Shown in pieces: positions 18,200 through 33,695 of a stretch of DNA of 64,000 bases. Source of the DNA: the human T2T-CHM13v2.0 reference genome, Homo sapiens. Location: NCBI RefSeq assembly GCF_009914755.1, contig NC_060934.1; one strand, 5' to 3'. A model generated the notes under the pieces. The model searched no databases. It was given only the letters and a program-made list of their open reading frames with translations, and had not been told where the DNA came from. Numbering within the stretch: position 1 is the first letter of the stretch; every line of letters starts with the position of its first letter. The position numbers and the translations under genes are program-made.

Positions 18200-19570
18200 A
18201 TTTAAAAATAACTTTGCCTTTTTATTATAAAATCCATAATTTACATTGTGGAAGATTTAAAAAGTACAGATAGACAAAAAAGGAATAAAAATAAAAATGA
18301 ATTGGAAATTTCCTTCTCTGCCTTCACATACCCTTTGAAGGGAAATGGAACATTCTGTACATGTTTTTGTAATGTACTTTTTCCTCCCTCTTAATAGATT
18401 ATAAGCATCCCCTACATCATTAAATATTCTCCTAAACATAGTTTTTAATAAGTATGTAGAACTCCATAGTATAGAGCAGGGATTACAAACCTGGCAACTA
18501 TGGGTCACAGATATGCTTTGTTGGTACAATATTTTTACAAGTTTGAATCTGAGTCCTCTGGGTGGTGCGTGTGTGCTCCAGTTTGCCACAATCTCACTAC
18601 TCCCTGCTGTCTTACGTTCCAATTTGCTTCAGTCACATACATTATACAATCTAGGTCCTTCCTGGAGGTATTTGATTTTCCAACCCTCTATATAAATGAA
18701 CTCTAATTTATTTAACCAGTCCCTTAGGGTGGATATTACAAATGTTTCCAATTTTTTCCATCCACAATTATTTCCTTGAAATAAATTCCTAGAGGAGGAA
18801 CTGTTGGATCAAAGGCTAGATACATGAAAGGCTGTATCAGTTTTCAGGCTGTCCAGCAGTATAGAAGGATACCTATTTTCCTGTATTGTGACCAGTACTC
18901 ACCGTTACTATATCTCCTTGAGTCTAAGACACATTTTTTTAATGTTTTAATATTTTTGAAGTCAGATGCATCATACAGTATCTTAGATTTGATTAGAGTA
19001 TTATTATTTTTAAAATTTTACCAGTTTGATAATAGAAATATGTCTGATTATTTCTTTTTAAGTAGTCAGATTGAACATTTCTTGTGTTTTATTCTTGGCT
19101 GTTTGTATATCATCTTTTCTAAAGTACCTCTTTTTATCCATTAATCATTTTTCTCTTGGGATTTTTACCTTTTTCTTCCTGATTTGCAGAAGCTCTTTTT
19201 TTGTGTGTAGTCATATTCATGAATCTTTTTATTTATGGCTTCAGTTTTAAATGTCAGTCATGCTTAGATTATATAAATATCCACATATCTTTCCTGGTAC
19301 TTATAACATTTTATTTTTTCATATTACAATATTCATCTGTCTAGAATTTATTCTTGTAAAGGATAGGAAATAATTCCTCTTCCAGATAGATAGCTATTTG
19401 TTCTATCATGCTTATTGAATCATTTCATCCTTTCTCCACTGATTTAAAATATGACCTTTTGATATGCTAAACTTTTCTGTAGGCTTTGGTTGTTCTGGTC
19501 TTTCCATTCTTATCCATTGACCTATTTCTCTATGCTAGATGTATAGTTTGAATCATTGTAGTTCTGCAGT
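18200..19570 (-). mobile_element. Old L1 (L1ME-type) fragments
   Basis: taaattcctagaggaggaactgttggatcaaagg; ttgaacatttcttgtgttta; tatccattgacctatttctctatgc. Confidence 0.65.
18477..18688 (+). mobile_element. MER102-like hAT-Charlie MITE nested in L1
   Basis: cagggattacaaac-tggc...ctccagtttgccacaatctcactactccct...ggtatttgattttccaaccct. Confidence 0.6.
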
Positions 19571-19994
19571 ACTCAAAACTTTTATTTAAATTTTAAAATT
19601 ATATTTTATACTGATAATTTTTTTTTAGTGTTGGAACTTTCCAGAAAGAGATGATAAGACAATTTTTTTTTCTTCTAGAAATTCCAAAAATGGACTGATT
19701 TGAAAATGTCTCCCTCAAATCAAAAGATATAATATCTGACAGGGGCGAGTTTTCATGTGTGTTTATGTGTTGGTGAGAGGCTTAATGACATGTTGGGAAC
19801 AGCTTCATGGAAGGATTCTGAGAGAGGGGCCACCTCTGCCCTCACCACCTTCACTCCAGGGAAATTGACCTTAGTGATGGCTTCCTAAGGAAAATGACAA
19901 AGGGAATGACGCATTTTTTGGAGTAAAGTTCAGCATACAGGCATCCTTGAGCAGCTTATTACAGCTACAACTTATATTTAATATCTTCTCTTAA

Positions 19995-20171
<177 letters not shown>

Positions 20172-22897
20172 TAGGTTGAGATCTTATCAAAAGAAATCAT
20201 TTATGTTTTGCTTTAAAATATAGGTGATTGTTATTCTCTCAGATTCCTTTAGGGGTTTTTTGGCATCATTTTTTCAAACTCAAGGGTTGAAAAATACTTT
20301 TCCTTTTGCATAAGCTGTGGAAATTTTTTGAAAATAACATTTTTAATTACCATTGGCATTTTGGGGTCTTCTGTTGGCAGTAGCTGTGATACTAAGTGAC
20401 ATTTTTCAAGCAGCAGGATGGAAGCAGAATGTAAGAATTGGAAACAGTCATTCAGCCTACTTTATTACTGGCTGAGCATTAGAGCTTAATTATGTAAATA
20501 TTTTCATAGGAATTTTAAAACGAGAGGGATTTGTCCATGTCTATAGCAAATCTCTTTTGTCACTCCAGATAACATTTTAGAAAAATACCTCTCTCTTCTG
20601 ATAGTAATGTAGCATTACCACTTTTTAAGATCTCTTTTATGAAATAGGAGCTTCTGAAAAACCTGCAGATGACCACTTACCTCTGAAGAGTTAGACAGAA
20701 CTATTTGACAACTGCACTAGTGCAGACATATATATAAAATAATATATTCGCAGTGGCCTGGAAATCTACTATGATAACCCCATTTTCACTATCTTGTTGC
20801 TGTATAATTGCCATTAAAGCCCAGTAGAGCATTTAGCAGGAGTTAGTTGGAAAAGCAGAGAAAAGATAAGAGGTGAAATGAATTTATTTTAACCTGTGTA
20901 GAGTATAGATTTGACTATCAGCATTAAGGTGTTTACGAATGGGATCAGTAGACTTGCACATCTATAGCAGTTCTACCAACAGACTACCACCATCTTTTCA
21001 GGCTTAGTGAAAGGGTCATTGTGATGGAGAAAGAATACATGCTCTGCACACACCTTGAACAGACTCCAAGAATCTCACTCCCTTGCTTACTCCTTTTCCC
21101 CTAATTTTATCTGAAGCTGCTCTCACTATCTTATTTGCTCTCAGAAAAATAGTATTCTCCCGCACCTTTATCTCCTAAGAAGAAGTAAGAAATGCAGGCT
21201 CCTTTCTAGAGTTTTCTATGAAACTTTGCAAAAACCCTTTAACCAGTAGACATTTTCAATAGATTTTGAAAAAATTTCTAGAGGCAAACATGAAACATTT
21301 ATGAATAAAATCTTTCATGGTAGTATCATTTGAAGTAGAAATTATATGTTTTTGCATTCATCCTGTGTAAGCATTGTTCCCAACATGGGTCCATATCCTC
21401 AGGGCCCAATTAAAAAAACCAAATTAGGATATAAACTTTCTAAACAGAGGACACAGCTGAAAATTGCATCTGGCACCAATCCTAACTTTTTGTTTGTCCA
21501 AAATTGTCCTTTGAGCTTAGGAATTTTTAAGACAGTCTAGGGAGTTTTCCTTTTTACATGCTTTATAAGCATATTATCCTTTCTGGGCAATCGATTCCAG
21601 ATACAATCCAAATGCAGCTTTCTGATGTGAAACATTTTTGCCTGGATGAGTTCCTTGTTGGTAACTCTCACTGTGTCTCTAGTGACACTAGAGATCTCTA
21701 GCGTTCACCTGACTTGGCTGAATTGGTGGTGCCAGGCAGAGTCCCTGGCAGTAGAGCCACCTCAGATGAGCCTGGTAGCTGCACCTACCTCCCCTTCAAC
21801 TAACAGCTGAAATCTGGTCATTAAATCTTTGTATACAAGATGATCACTAAAATATACTCTTGTATTTGTAATTACTTAAGATATTTTTATAATTCAGTAT
21901 TGTATCTTTTTAAGGCTTTCATTTTGTCATTATTCACCTTTAGCTAAATTGATCATTTTGAAAGTACATTCTTGGGCCCCAGCATTGTCATAATTCATCT
22001 GCAAATGTTTCTCTATTGTATAAAACTCTGCTACAAAATGGGTAGCTTCGCAAACCCTAGCCTGAGGTGAAGACAGTCGGCCGCTGTTCATGTAAGCAGC
22101 TGTGTTAGCGAGTGACCTCTAGTTTCTAGAACTACTCAACAGTATGGGCAGAACCAGGGTACAAAGATTCTGACGCCAAGTGTCTGATAATGACCATGGT
22201 AAATGTGCCGCTTCTTCACCAGACTCTCCATGTCATGTCTGACCCGCTGTAGCTTTTCTTTAATCATTTCTTCAGTTTTTTGCTATTGTTGTCCTTTTTT
22301 CAGCAATATTTTATGCTGTAGTTAATTGTCTTCTCTCCTAAGAGAGTATTATTGGTTATCTTACCATCCTAAGCACAAACTGCTGAGAGGAAGAGGATGT
22401 CTTTTTATGTTTTCTTAAAAAAAAGTACAAATTTATAGCCATATCCAAACTCTATTTATATAAGTTTGCAAATTGAATTAAAAATTACTTTTAACTAGAG
22501 ATTAGATAAGCTTCTTCTTTTGCTTCTGGATAACACATATGACTTATTTCCTCCTAATACTTTAAAAAAGACATTTCAGGAAATCATAACTACTTGTGAC
22601 AACACCAAAGGATAGCTTGTTTTTATTTAATTATAATTAAAGCATTGGGTGTTCTTTTAGTCTCTTCAGCATTTTTCTTGCTTATATTGCCCTTGGGTCC
22701 ACATGGATTCTTCCAGTACCTGGTGGATGGGCCCTGGAAGAACCATGACATGTAAATGCAGTTGCTGCTGCCTTTCCAACAGAGAAACATCTAGGTGGTG
22801 GCACACACAAAAAATACAGTTCTTAAGTTTAAGCCCATTGAATGCATCTAGTTGCAATAAATTTGTTTTTAGATACCTTTATAATTCTATTTATTAA

Positions 22898-23962
<1,065 letters not shown>

Positions 23963-24839
23963 TAGCTATTTCTCTTGTTCTCACTTCACTTTCATACAGA
24001 AGCAGTGAAACTTTGACCTTTTTCTAATGCTGACTAAACCTCCAAAATGTTGTTTTTCCAACTAATACTCTCCCACCTTTTATTATTTATTTCCATTCGT
24101 AGTGACACTAGGACCCCCAGATGCCTTCATAGCATTGCTTATGGCTTTGTAGTCCCGCATGAGTAGCCACTGCCATGCTTCTGCCATGCTCTCCCCCATG
24201 TCACCTCTGCAGCCACAGCGCTGTTCAGTTGTGTGCTGTCAGTGCTTCCAACAGGGGGTGTTTCAGCTCTTCCCTCTGCTCCATTGCTTTCTCATGACAA
24301 AGTTCATCCTGCTTCCGTCTCAGCAAAGCCTGATCTGTGACTCTGTGATGTGTGCTTTTGGATGTGAGTGTGTCTGTGTGTGTATCCACCTTAGGGAGAA
24401 AACGGATTTCATAATTTCATTGAACAAATTGGCCCATTACATTTGCTACCCTTTATCAAACAAAAACCGAAACTGTGTCATTTGGACAAAGTGGTAGAAT
24501 TTATTATCTCAAAAGTGATAATGGGAATGCTATAACTAGACATCGATAAAACTTCTAATCTTGGTTGAAAAATATGATTTCACTTTGTATTGCTCTTACT
24601 TTCCCTCATATATTTATTAAAGCTGTAAAAAGATGACAGTGATAAATTCAAATAAAAATTTGAGTATAGCAGGGAAAGGATACTGCTGGATCTATGAGCA
24701 GTGCTTAGATGTAAAAGCTTATTTATAAAGCTTTAAAAAAAATCCCTATTTGCCCAGTATGCTAATTTGGTGCCATTTTGGTAATATATGGTGGTTACTC
24801 ATGATTCAAGTCAGTGAATACACTTTCTGCTGGTTTTAA

Positions 24840-25016
<177 letters not shown>

Positions 25017-25858
25017 TAACTATTAATATGGAATTACTGTGTTGATTTTATAGAGAATCCCTTTCAACATCCTTTGTGATTCTTTAGCCGTTATCATGCC
25101 CATTTCTACTGACTGTACATTCAAAAGCAATGACTTAGTAGAATTGTCGCCACTCTTAAAAGTAGGTATGGACTCAGCTGGTCTCACAAAATAAAACAGA
25201 GTAGCATTAGTTGAGGCAGATTTTGGAAAACATTTCTAGGTGTGAAGGAATAGATTTCTGATGAGTTTTGCCTAAATTTAGAAAATAACAATTTAAAATC
25301 ATTAACAAAAAGAAGAACATCACTGTTAAATTCACCGATGTTTCTTCCAACACAGATGGCCAGCCATATGAAAAATGTCTCATATTTTTAGCTCTTCTGC
25401 ATTGATGAAAACAATATTTTGTTTCACAATCAGTTGTAGTCAGTTTTATTTTTATTGTCCAGTAATTTCTTTAAGTGATTCCACTTTAATTCTGCTTAAG
25501 TTATTACCACCCAGATATTGACAGGTGAGGCTGTCAGACTTCTCAAAGACGAATCTAATATGAATTGTGAATTTGTTGTGTCAGTGACTACATTCGGTTT
25601 CTATGACCAGTGTGGTCAGGTAGACTCCCTACCCAACCCCACTTCCTGTTTTGTGGGGAAGGGGTTTTCTGTAGGCTCTTAACGCTTTATTTTTAGTAGC
25701 AGCCAGTTGGGCTAAATACTCCTGACAGTTTCTACCTTCAGAGCTATTGGGTATTTCCAACCCTCATTCTGCCCCGATCTATCAGGATGCCTTGTATCAG
25801 CTTTCCTTTGGCTAAGATAAATGTCAGATTTCCCCCAGTTATTAAGGTTGGAAGTCCT

Positions 25859-25987
25859 TGAACCAGCCCAGGTTGGAAATGGAGCAGGTCAAAACTCCTA
25901 CGTTGATCAGTAGTGGGATTGTGCCCTTGAATGGCCACTTTACTCCAGCCTGGACAACACAGCAGGATGCCACCTCTTTTAAAAAAA
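25859..25987 (+). pseudogene. 5'-truncated 7SL (SRP RNA) retrocopy: 3' part of the S domain plus 3' Alu-domain strand
   Basis: tgaaccagcccaggttggaaatggagcaggtcaaaactcc...tgatcagtagtgggat...ctccagcctgg...ctctttt matches 7SL, not Alu; short A tail; TSD aaggttggaagtcctt / aagattcgaagtcctt. Confidence 0.9.
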
Positions 25988-26524
25988 GATTCGAAGTCCT
26001 TAAATATTATCTTTTTTTGGCCTACTTCTGACATTCATATGTAAACATGAACAGTAGGCCATTATCTGAAAGATACTGCTAATTCTAAAGTTTTTTCATT
26101 CCAACATGGTAAAACTGGCTTTTTTTATTCAAGAAATATTCTTGTTCTGTGTCAGGCACTGTACCAGACACCAGGGATACCACAGTGAATCTGGCAGGCA
26201 GAGTTCTTAACCTCGTGTGGCTTACTACATGGAAATAAGGGAAATAAGAGGAGACAAATGCTAAGCTGCAGATTTCACAATTGATTATTTAATTACAGTT
26301 GTGATAAATACTACTTCGTGGAGGAATAGGAAACTGTAAGCTTCTGTAATAAATAAGCCTGTGTAATAGCCACATCATTTATAATCACCTAATTTCTAAT
26401 CTGTTACAACAGATTGTTAAATCCAGTTCTATCGACATTTGTATGTATTTATACCATACTTATTTCCTTTGCTATATTGTTTCTTAGGGTATTCGTTTGC
26501 TGTGAATCTTACACAAAGGTAATG

Positions 26525-26603
26525 TTAGGTTGGTGCAAAAGTAATTGTGGTTTTTGCCATTGAAAAAATTATAAAAACAGTAATTACTTTTGCACCAACC
26601 TAT
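26525..26603. mobile_element. MADE1 (Hsmar1-derived mariner MITE), palindromic
   Basis: ttaggttggtgcaaaagtaattg ... taattacttttgcaccaaccta terminal inverted repeats. Confidence 0.93.
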
Positions 26604-26751
26604 TTCATAAGGGTCTATAGTGTTTTAAGGCCATGCAAATTCACAATTAAGATTAGTGTTCTGATCTTGATAAGTTTTGATAGTCACTGGTGAAAGAACC
26701 AAAATGTAAGTGAAGTATATATATTATTATTTTCCTTTTCTTTCTATTTGA

Positions 26752-26871
<120 letters not shown>

Positions 26872-27355
26872 TAATGGAATAAGTCTGGCAGGTGTATAAC
26901 TTGAATGTCACATATGTGAGAAAGGAAAATTCTTGATTCTAAAGCAGGAATTAGGGATGATTTTAGGAAATAAATTTTGGTAGTCAATGCCAAGTGCTTC
27001 CCAAACTATTGCTTTTGCCAGCACCTTTTTATGGTATTCCTTGTTCTCGGTAAATTCCTTATGCTCCTTAGTTACATGGGCATTATAAATTTTGCCATTT
27101 AGCTTCTAGATTGTGCTTTCTTTCCTTGGTTAATTGGGGAAATGTTGGTTTTGTATGAAACCAAATTAAAAAAAAAAAAAGAAATTTGCCATGGTGAATT
27201 ATTGGGTAGACTTTCTTCTCCAGTTGTCTTTTATATTTTTTAATTAGGCCTGTTACTTTTATCTCTGATTTCTGGCATTTTATTTTCAAGTTTTTAATAG
27301 AAATTTAGCAAAAGAAGGAAAAATGGGAGAAAGTAAGTGGGAATGGGTAGTCTTA

Positions 27356-27748
<393 letters not shown>

Positions 27749-28781
27749 TCAAGATTAGCCTGTGAACGAATATATCCCAAAATGGGTACATTGAGAATAG
27801 ATGTCTTCCATAAAGTATGTCAGGGTACACTTTACTAGTATCTTCAAAAATTTTTTAGTCTGCAAAGTTTTCAGTATTTATAAACTTGATTTTCTTATAG
27901 AATAGATCTTATTTTTTTTCGTTAGCATGTGAGTGTCTGGCCAATCACGTAACTGGAGAAAATGCTAAGTGTTTTCTAAAAGTTAAGTGACAAAATAAGA
28001 GTCAAGAATTTTGGTTTCTCCTTCCTTATACCATTTGGTTGTGTGTTCTTGAACAATTTTAAAAGACTATGAGCTTTAATTTGCATAGGTAATGATAAGC
28101 CATGTGCTCTGAAAGATTTGAATAAAATTTGTACATAAGTGCAAGATTTGAAAGTAGTCTCACCTGTGTCTGCCTCTCTCTTGAAAACCTTTTTCCCCAT
28201 TCTTATACTCCAAAGACCTTGCAAGTGCTTCTAAACATTTTCTTATAAATACCAGCCATGTTCATTAAGATATGGAAATAAAAAATGTTCTGATTTTTAA
28301 GGTGGAGAAAAAGTCAGCAGGGAAGAGAGGTGTTTGTCTTTTACTCAAAGTAACAGTGGAATTGGTAGAAAACAAATTAGGTCTTTTGATTTTCAGCCGT
28401 GCTATTTACTGCATTTAGACCATATATAAATCTCTGATAATAACTTTAAAGTTACCTCTTCCAGAGGTGGAAATGGTAACAACTAAGTTTGAGGACTTTT
28501 CAGCCTCATATGTATGCAGATTGTTTAAAATAATAAATTCACTTCTGAGTAAGATATTATATCTATACCACTAACCATATATAATTGGAAATAAGATAGT
28601 AAATGTGAATTTTGAAAAATATGCTTGGTCCCTTGACAGGATGATATCCTTATTAAGTTGATTTTTTAGGGTGGTGGTTCCACATCTGTAAAGCTTTCTT
28701 TATATAGGATATTTTTAAGGAAACAAATTATTTGTTCACAAAGTAAAGGGAGCACATATTATGGATTATATTAAAAAATAA

Positions 28782-29235
<454 letters not shown>

Positions 29236-29300
29236 TAGAGAAAATTGAACAATATTTAATCTTCCCCCCAACAGTATAATCTATCTGATAGATTCTATGA

Positions 29301-29474
<174 letters not shown>

Positions 29475-30696
29475 TAAAAAAATTCAGCTTTTTGAAATCT
29501 AGTACTCCTAATTGTTGACTATGTGCTGATTTGTGTTTAGAAGGTACAAAGTATACTTAATTTTGGCACTGAAATTCAGACTGCCCTTTAAAACATCTCC
29601 ATGTTTTGGAATGTTTATCTAACCATATTAAGCAACCATTTAGACTGATGAAGAATCCCTACTTCATCACATTAACATTTTTGTCTTCCCCAAAATCCCT
29701 GTCTACACTAGATATATTCACCATGAATTTATGATCTCCTCAGCTCTTTGTAAATTCTACTTTCTTTGGCAGGAGAAATGAGCTTTGTTCAGCAGCTCCA
29801 GCCAATGTCTGGCAGGTGCTCACTCTTCCAGGGAATTGAGCAGCTGTACATATCTCCTCAATACACAACCACCTGTGTTTCCATCCACTTCTTGGCAGTG
29901 TGGATAATCCTTTTGGTGAGACCCTAGCAGATGTTGGGACTCCCTCCCATCTGGGTAGATGGCCACCCCTGAAGAACTCTGCTGTTCACAGGAACCCCTT
30001 GTGGCCATATGTCTGTCATTGTGGGTTTCTTGAAGACATTTTGTATTTCCAGAATTGATTTCGTAGCAGGCCTTTGCCTCTATATAGTTGCATTGTTTAA
30101 TTATGTATCTGTTGTCAGTTTCAGGGATTCCGTTAAGCTGAGTCAGTTTCACCTTGAGGAGACCATGCCTTTCTCACAGGTTACTGTCTGTCTGCAGGGC
30201 TTTTCACGTTTCTCCTTTATGCTCTTCCCTCCACTTGCACACTTCTGTTGTCTGCTGCATTTTCTCCTCTGTGACCCATTGTGGTGTGCATTGGTGCTCA
30301 TTCCTAGGTGCTTGAAACAAGCCTACCTTGTACAGCAAACGTGATGTCCTCTTTCTCTGGAATATAGTTTCACTTCTGGATTTTCTTTTTCTGAATTGTT
30401 CAGGCTGAAACTTATTATTCTGCCTTACAGTTCTCTTTATTTCTGGCCTGCAGTGTCTTGCCATCCTATTAAATAAAGGGAAGGTTGTAGGTTTCTCACA
30501 TGGACCAGGCTCCTTCTCAGACAGGTCTGGGCCCACTAGTTTTTCCCCAAGACTGATCAGAGAACATGGGAAACTCCAGTTGTGTCTTATGATTTTTTTA
30601 AAGCTTTCTCTTTTTCTATCAGCTCTTTCGGTAAGCTTGGAGGAAGAAGGGTATTGTTGCTGGGAAGATTAGGTGATATATTAGTTCTTACTAAAA

Positions 30697-30905
30697 GCTA
30701 GGCACTTTTGACATTTCAAGCTGGTTAGTTCTTTGTTGTAGGGGCTATGCTATACAGCGTAGGATGTTTAGCAGCATCTCTGGCCTCTGCTAATTGGATG
30801 CCAGTAGCACCACCACCCCTTCCAGTTGTGCCAACCAAAAATGTCTCCAGACGTAGCCAAACATCCCCTGGGGGCGCAGAATCACCCCCAGTAAGAACCA
30901 GTGGG
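30697..30905 (+). mobile_element. MER20 (hAT-Charlie)
   Basis: ggcacttttgacattt...gtaggatgtttagcagcatctctggcctct...caaccaaaaatgtctccagac...aagaaccagtg. Confidence 0.88.
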
Positions 30906-32610
30906 CTAGAAGGAAGGCTGAATGCACGTTGCCTGACCTTCCTGTTGGTATGCTATCCTGCCAGCCCCAGCCAGCTGAGGTGACAGAGCTGCTCACAGTT
31001 GAAGCTTAGCTAATGTCACAAGTTCAGCTTTCCTATTGGCTCCTTCCTTGATGCCTTAGATCTTTTCTTCCAACCAAAACATTGTTTCTCAAAGCTCAAA
31101 ACACATTGTTGGCCTTAAGTAATTATTTCATAAATCAGCATGAGTCAGCACTGGGATTGAAGCTCTCATAAATCCATGGAACGTCTTCTCATGGGCAAGG
31201 GAATCAGTCTTGTTAGGATGGTAAGAATGGGCTGTTCTTTCAGGGCAGGTGCTTTTGGACCATCCAGAGATGAGAGGGGAGACATCAGAAGCATGTATGT
31301 AAAATTCACTTATACGAATAAGGAGTTGGATTTGATAAGTACCGAGGTCCCTATTCTAGAATCTGAGTTAATAGAGTATAACATTTGGGCAACTTTTCTC
31401 CTAGCAGTTTCTTACAAAACTTATAAAATAAAGGAGGAATAATCACACATTACGATTTTCTGGCCTTCCCTTTCTTTATTCCTCTTACACTTTTCACAAC
31501 CAATCAGAATTTTCTTCAGCACTGTCATCTCTGTATTTTTCTGGTTCACAGTTATGTATATCTCCATCTTTCCTTTTTGTAATATACTACCATTTCCAAA
31601 AGGGCCATACTCTCAAATACATGTAAACTTCCTTTAATTAAAGGGAGAATTGTATCCTCTGTGCCCATTGCCCATATTTGATTGTGTTGCTATGTATGGG
31701 ACCTAGGTTCCATCCGAGGGAAATAGTTATATGAAATCTAAAAATAATTTGTGCAAGATGAGAACCCGTATGGTCCACAGGAGACCTGAGAATGGTCAAG
31801 TTCATTGTTTCAGAGCTCTGGTTAGCAAATATCCATTTCCCTTAAGAAAAGTGCTAGGGAAATTCTTCTTGAATCTGCTGTGTTTTCTATTTTCAAAGAG
31901 TAACTACATTTGATCAAAGAAATTGGCATCTGTGCCTAGCCTCCTGTCTATAGCCATCAGTATCACAGCTTGATTCTTTTATTTTGAAGAGAAGTAGACT
32001 GTAATCATAGTGCTTATTGTAGGTTGAAATTCATATCACTTTCTCTGTAAGTATTCCCAACATAGATATTTTATCTTTTCCAATTATATTTAAGATGATG
32101 CTTGGGATAAAACCAAAATGGAAACCTCTTTGCTAATCCACACTTCTGAGGAATCAGAATAATACAGTTCATTTATTTTAGTTTTATGTGAAACCCTTTT
32201 GAAACAACATAAAGTTTAACTTACTTGAGAAGTATTTTGATCTGTTTATATTTCCTTAATACAGATTTATTCGGTTCAGATAGAGAGGACATGCCTGATC
32301 ATTTTTAGCTCAGAATAAATTACAAGTAAAAATTACTCCTTTACTAGTGGTTTGGCCCTTCTTTGGTAGCTTAAAGAGAAATTTTAACTACCTTAAATGT
32401 ACCCTAATTTAAGAGAAAATGTGGAATTCTGATTTGCCAGTGACAGCTGTTTTCTGGTTAAAGCTGTACTTGCTTAATAGAGTGTTTTAATCTCTCAGTT
32501 TAGGATTTGGAAATAAAATGATGTACTTTCTGAAATACCATATAGAAGAAACAATTTTATATGGTGCAGTATTTTTATGTTAAATAATGTTGTCTGTTTC
32601 TTTTTGCTAG

Positions 32611-32790
<180 letters not shown>

Positions 32791-33295
32791 TGACCTTCAT
32801 TTTCTTTTTCAAAATGTTTTTGGTAGAGCCCAATTCTTTGAACAGGGCTTTTTCATTACTATAATTTGAATAAGTGACATGTGTTTTTGAAAAGCTCAGG
32901 TTCTTGTTCAGAGCTCATTTTAAAAGATGAAAACAAAAAACATGGTGCCTAGTAAGTGTGTAAAGGACCTCAGCACTGTGTGCCGCCTTGATGACACTCT
33001 AATTGCTGCCTTGTGGACCACTTAGCGTCTTTGATTTTCTCAGTGTTTAGCTTATTTCCGTTTTCCCTTTAAGTGGTGTCAACATGAAGGTTTCAGTTTA
33101 GTGTAGCATTTAAGAGAGAATTCTCCTTTCTCCTTGTTGCCTTCCCTCTGTGGTCAACAGTATCTCAGTGAGTTAGGACGCTGGCATTTGGACAGTCAAG
33201 CTGATAAAATGACTGGTTTTACACTTTTGTCTCTTATTCTCTGTGCTATGGTTTTAAGTTCTAAAGCAATCTCACCTTTAGAAAGCCTAAGTATC

Positions 33296-33695
<400 letters not shown>

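Noticed and set aside
20712-20725. 14-bp perfect palindrome ctgcactagtgcag
   Set aside because: 7-bp arms are expected about four times by chance in 64 kb
24159-24497. 112-aa Cys-rich ORF in intron 8
   Set aside because: No recognisable domain; the Cys/Val content comes from TG-rich and YGCY sequence; it starts after the in-frame stop of the candidate poison exon
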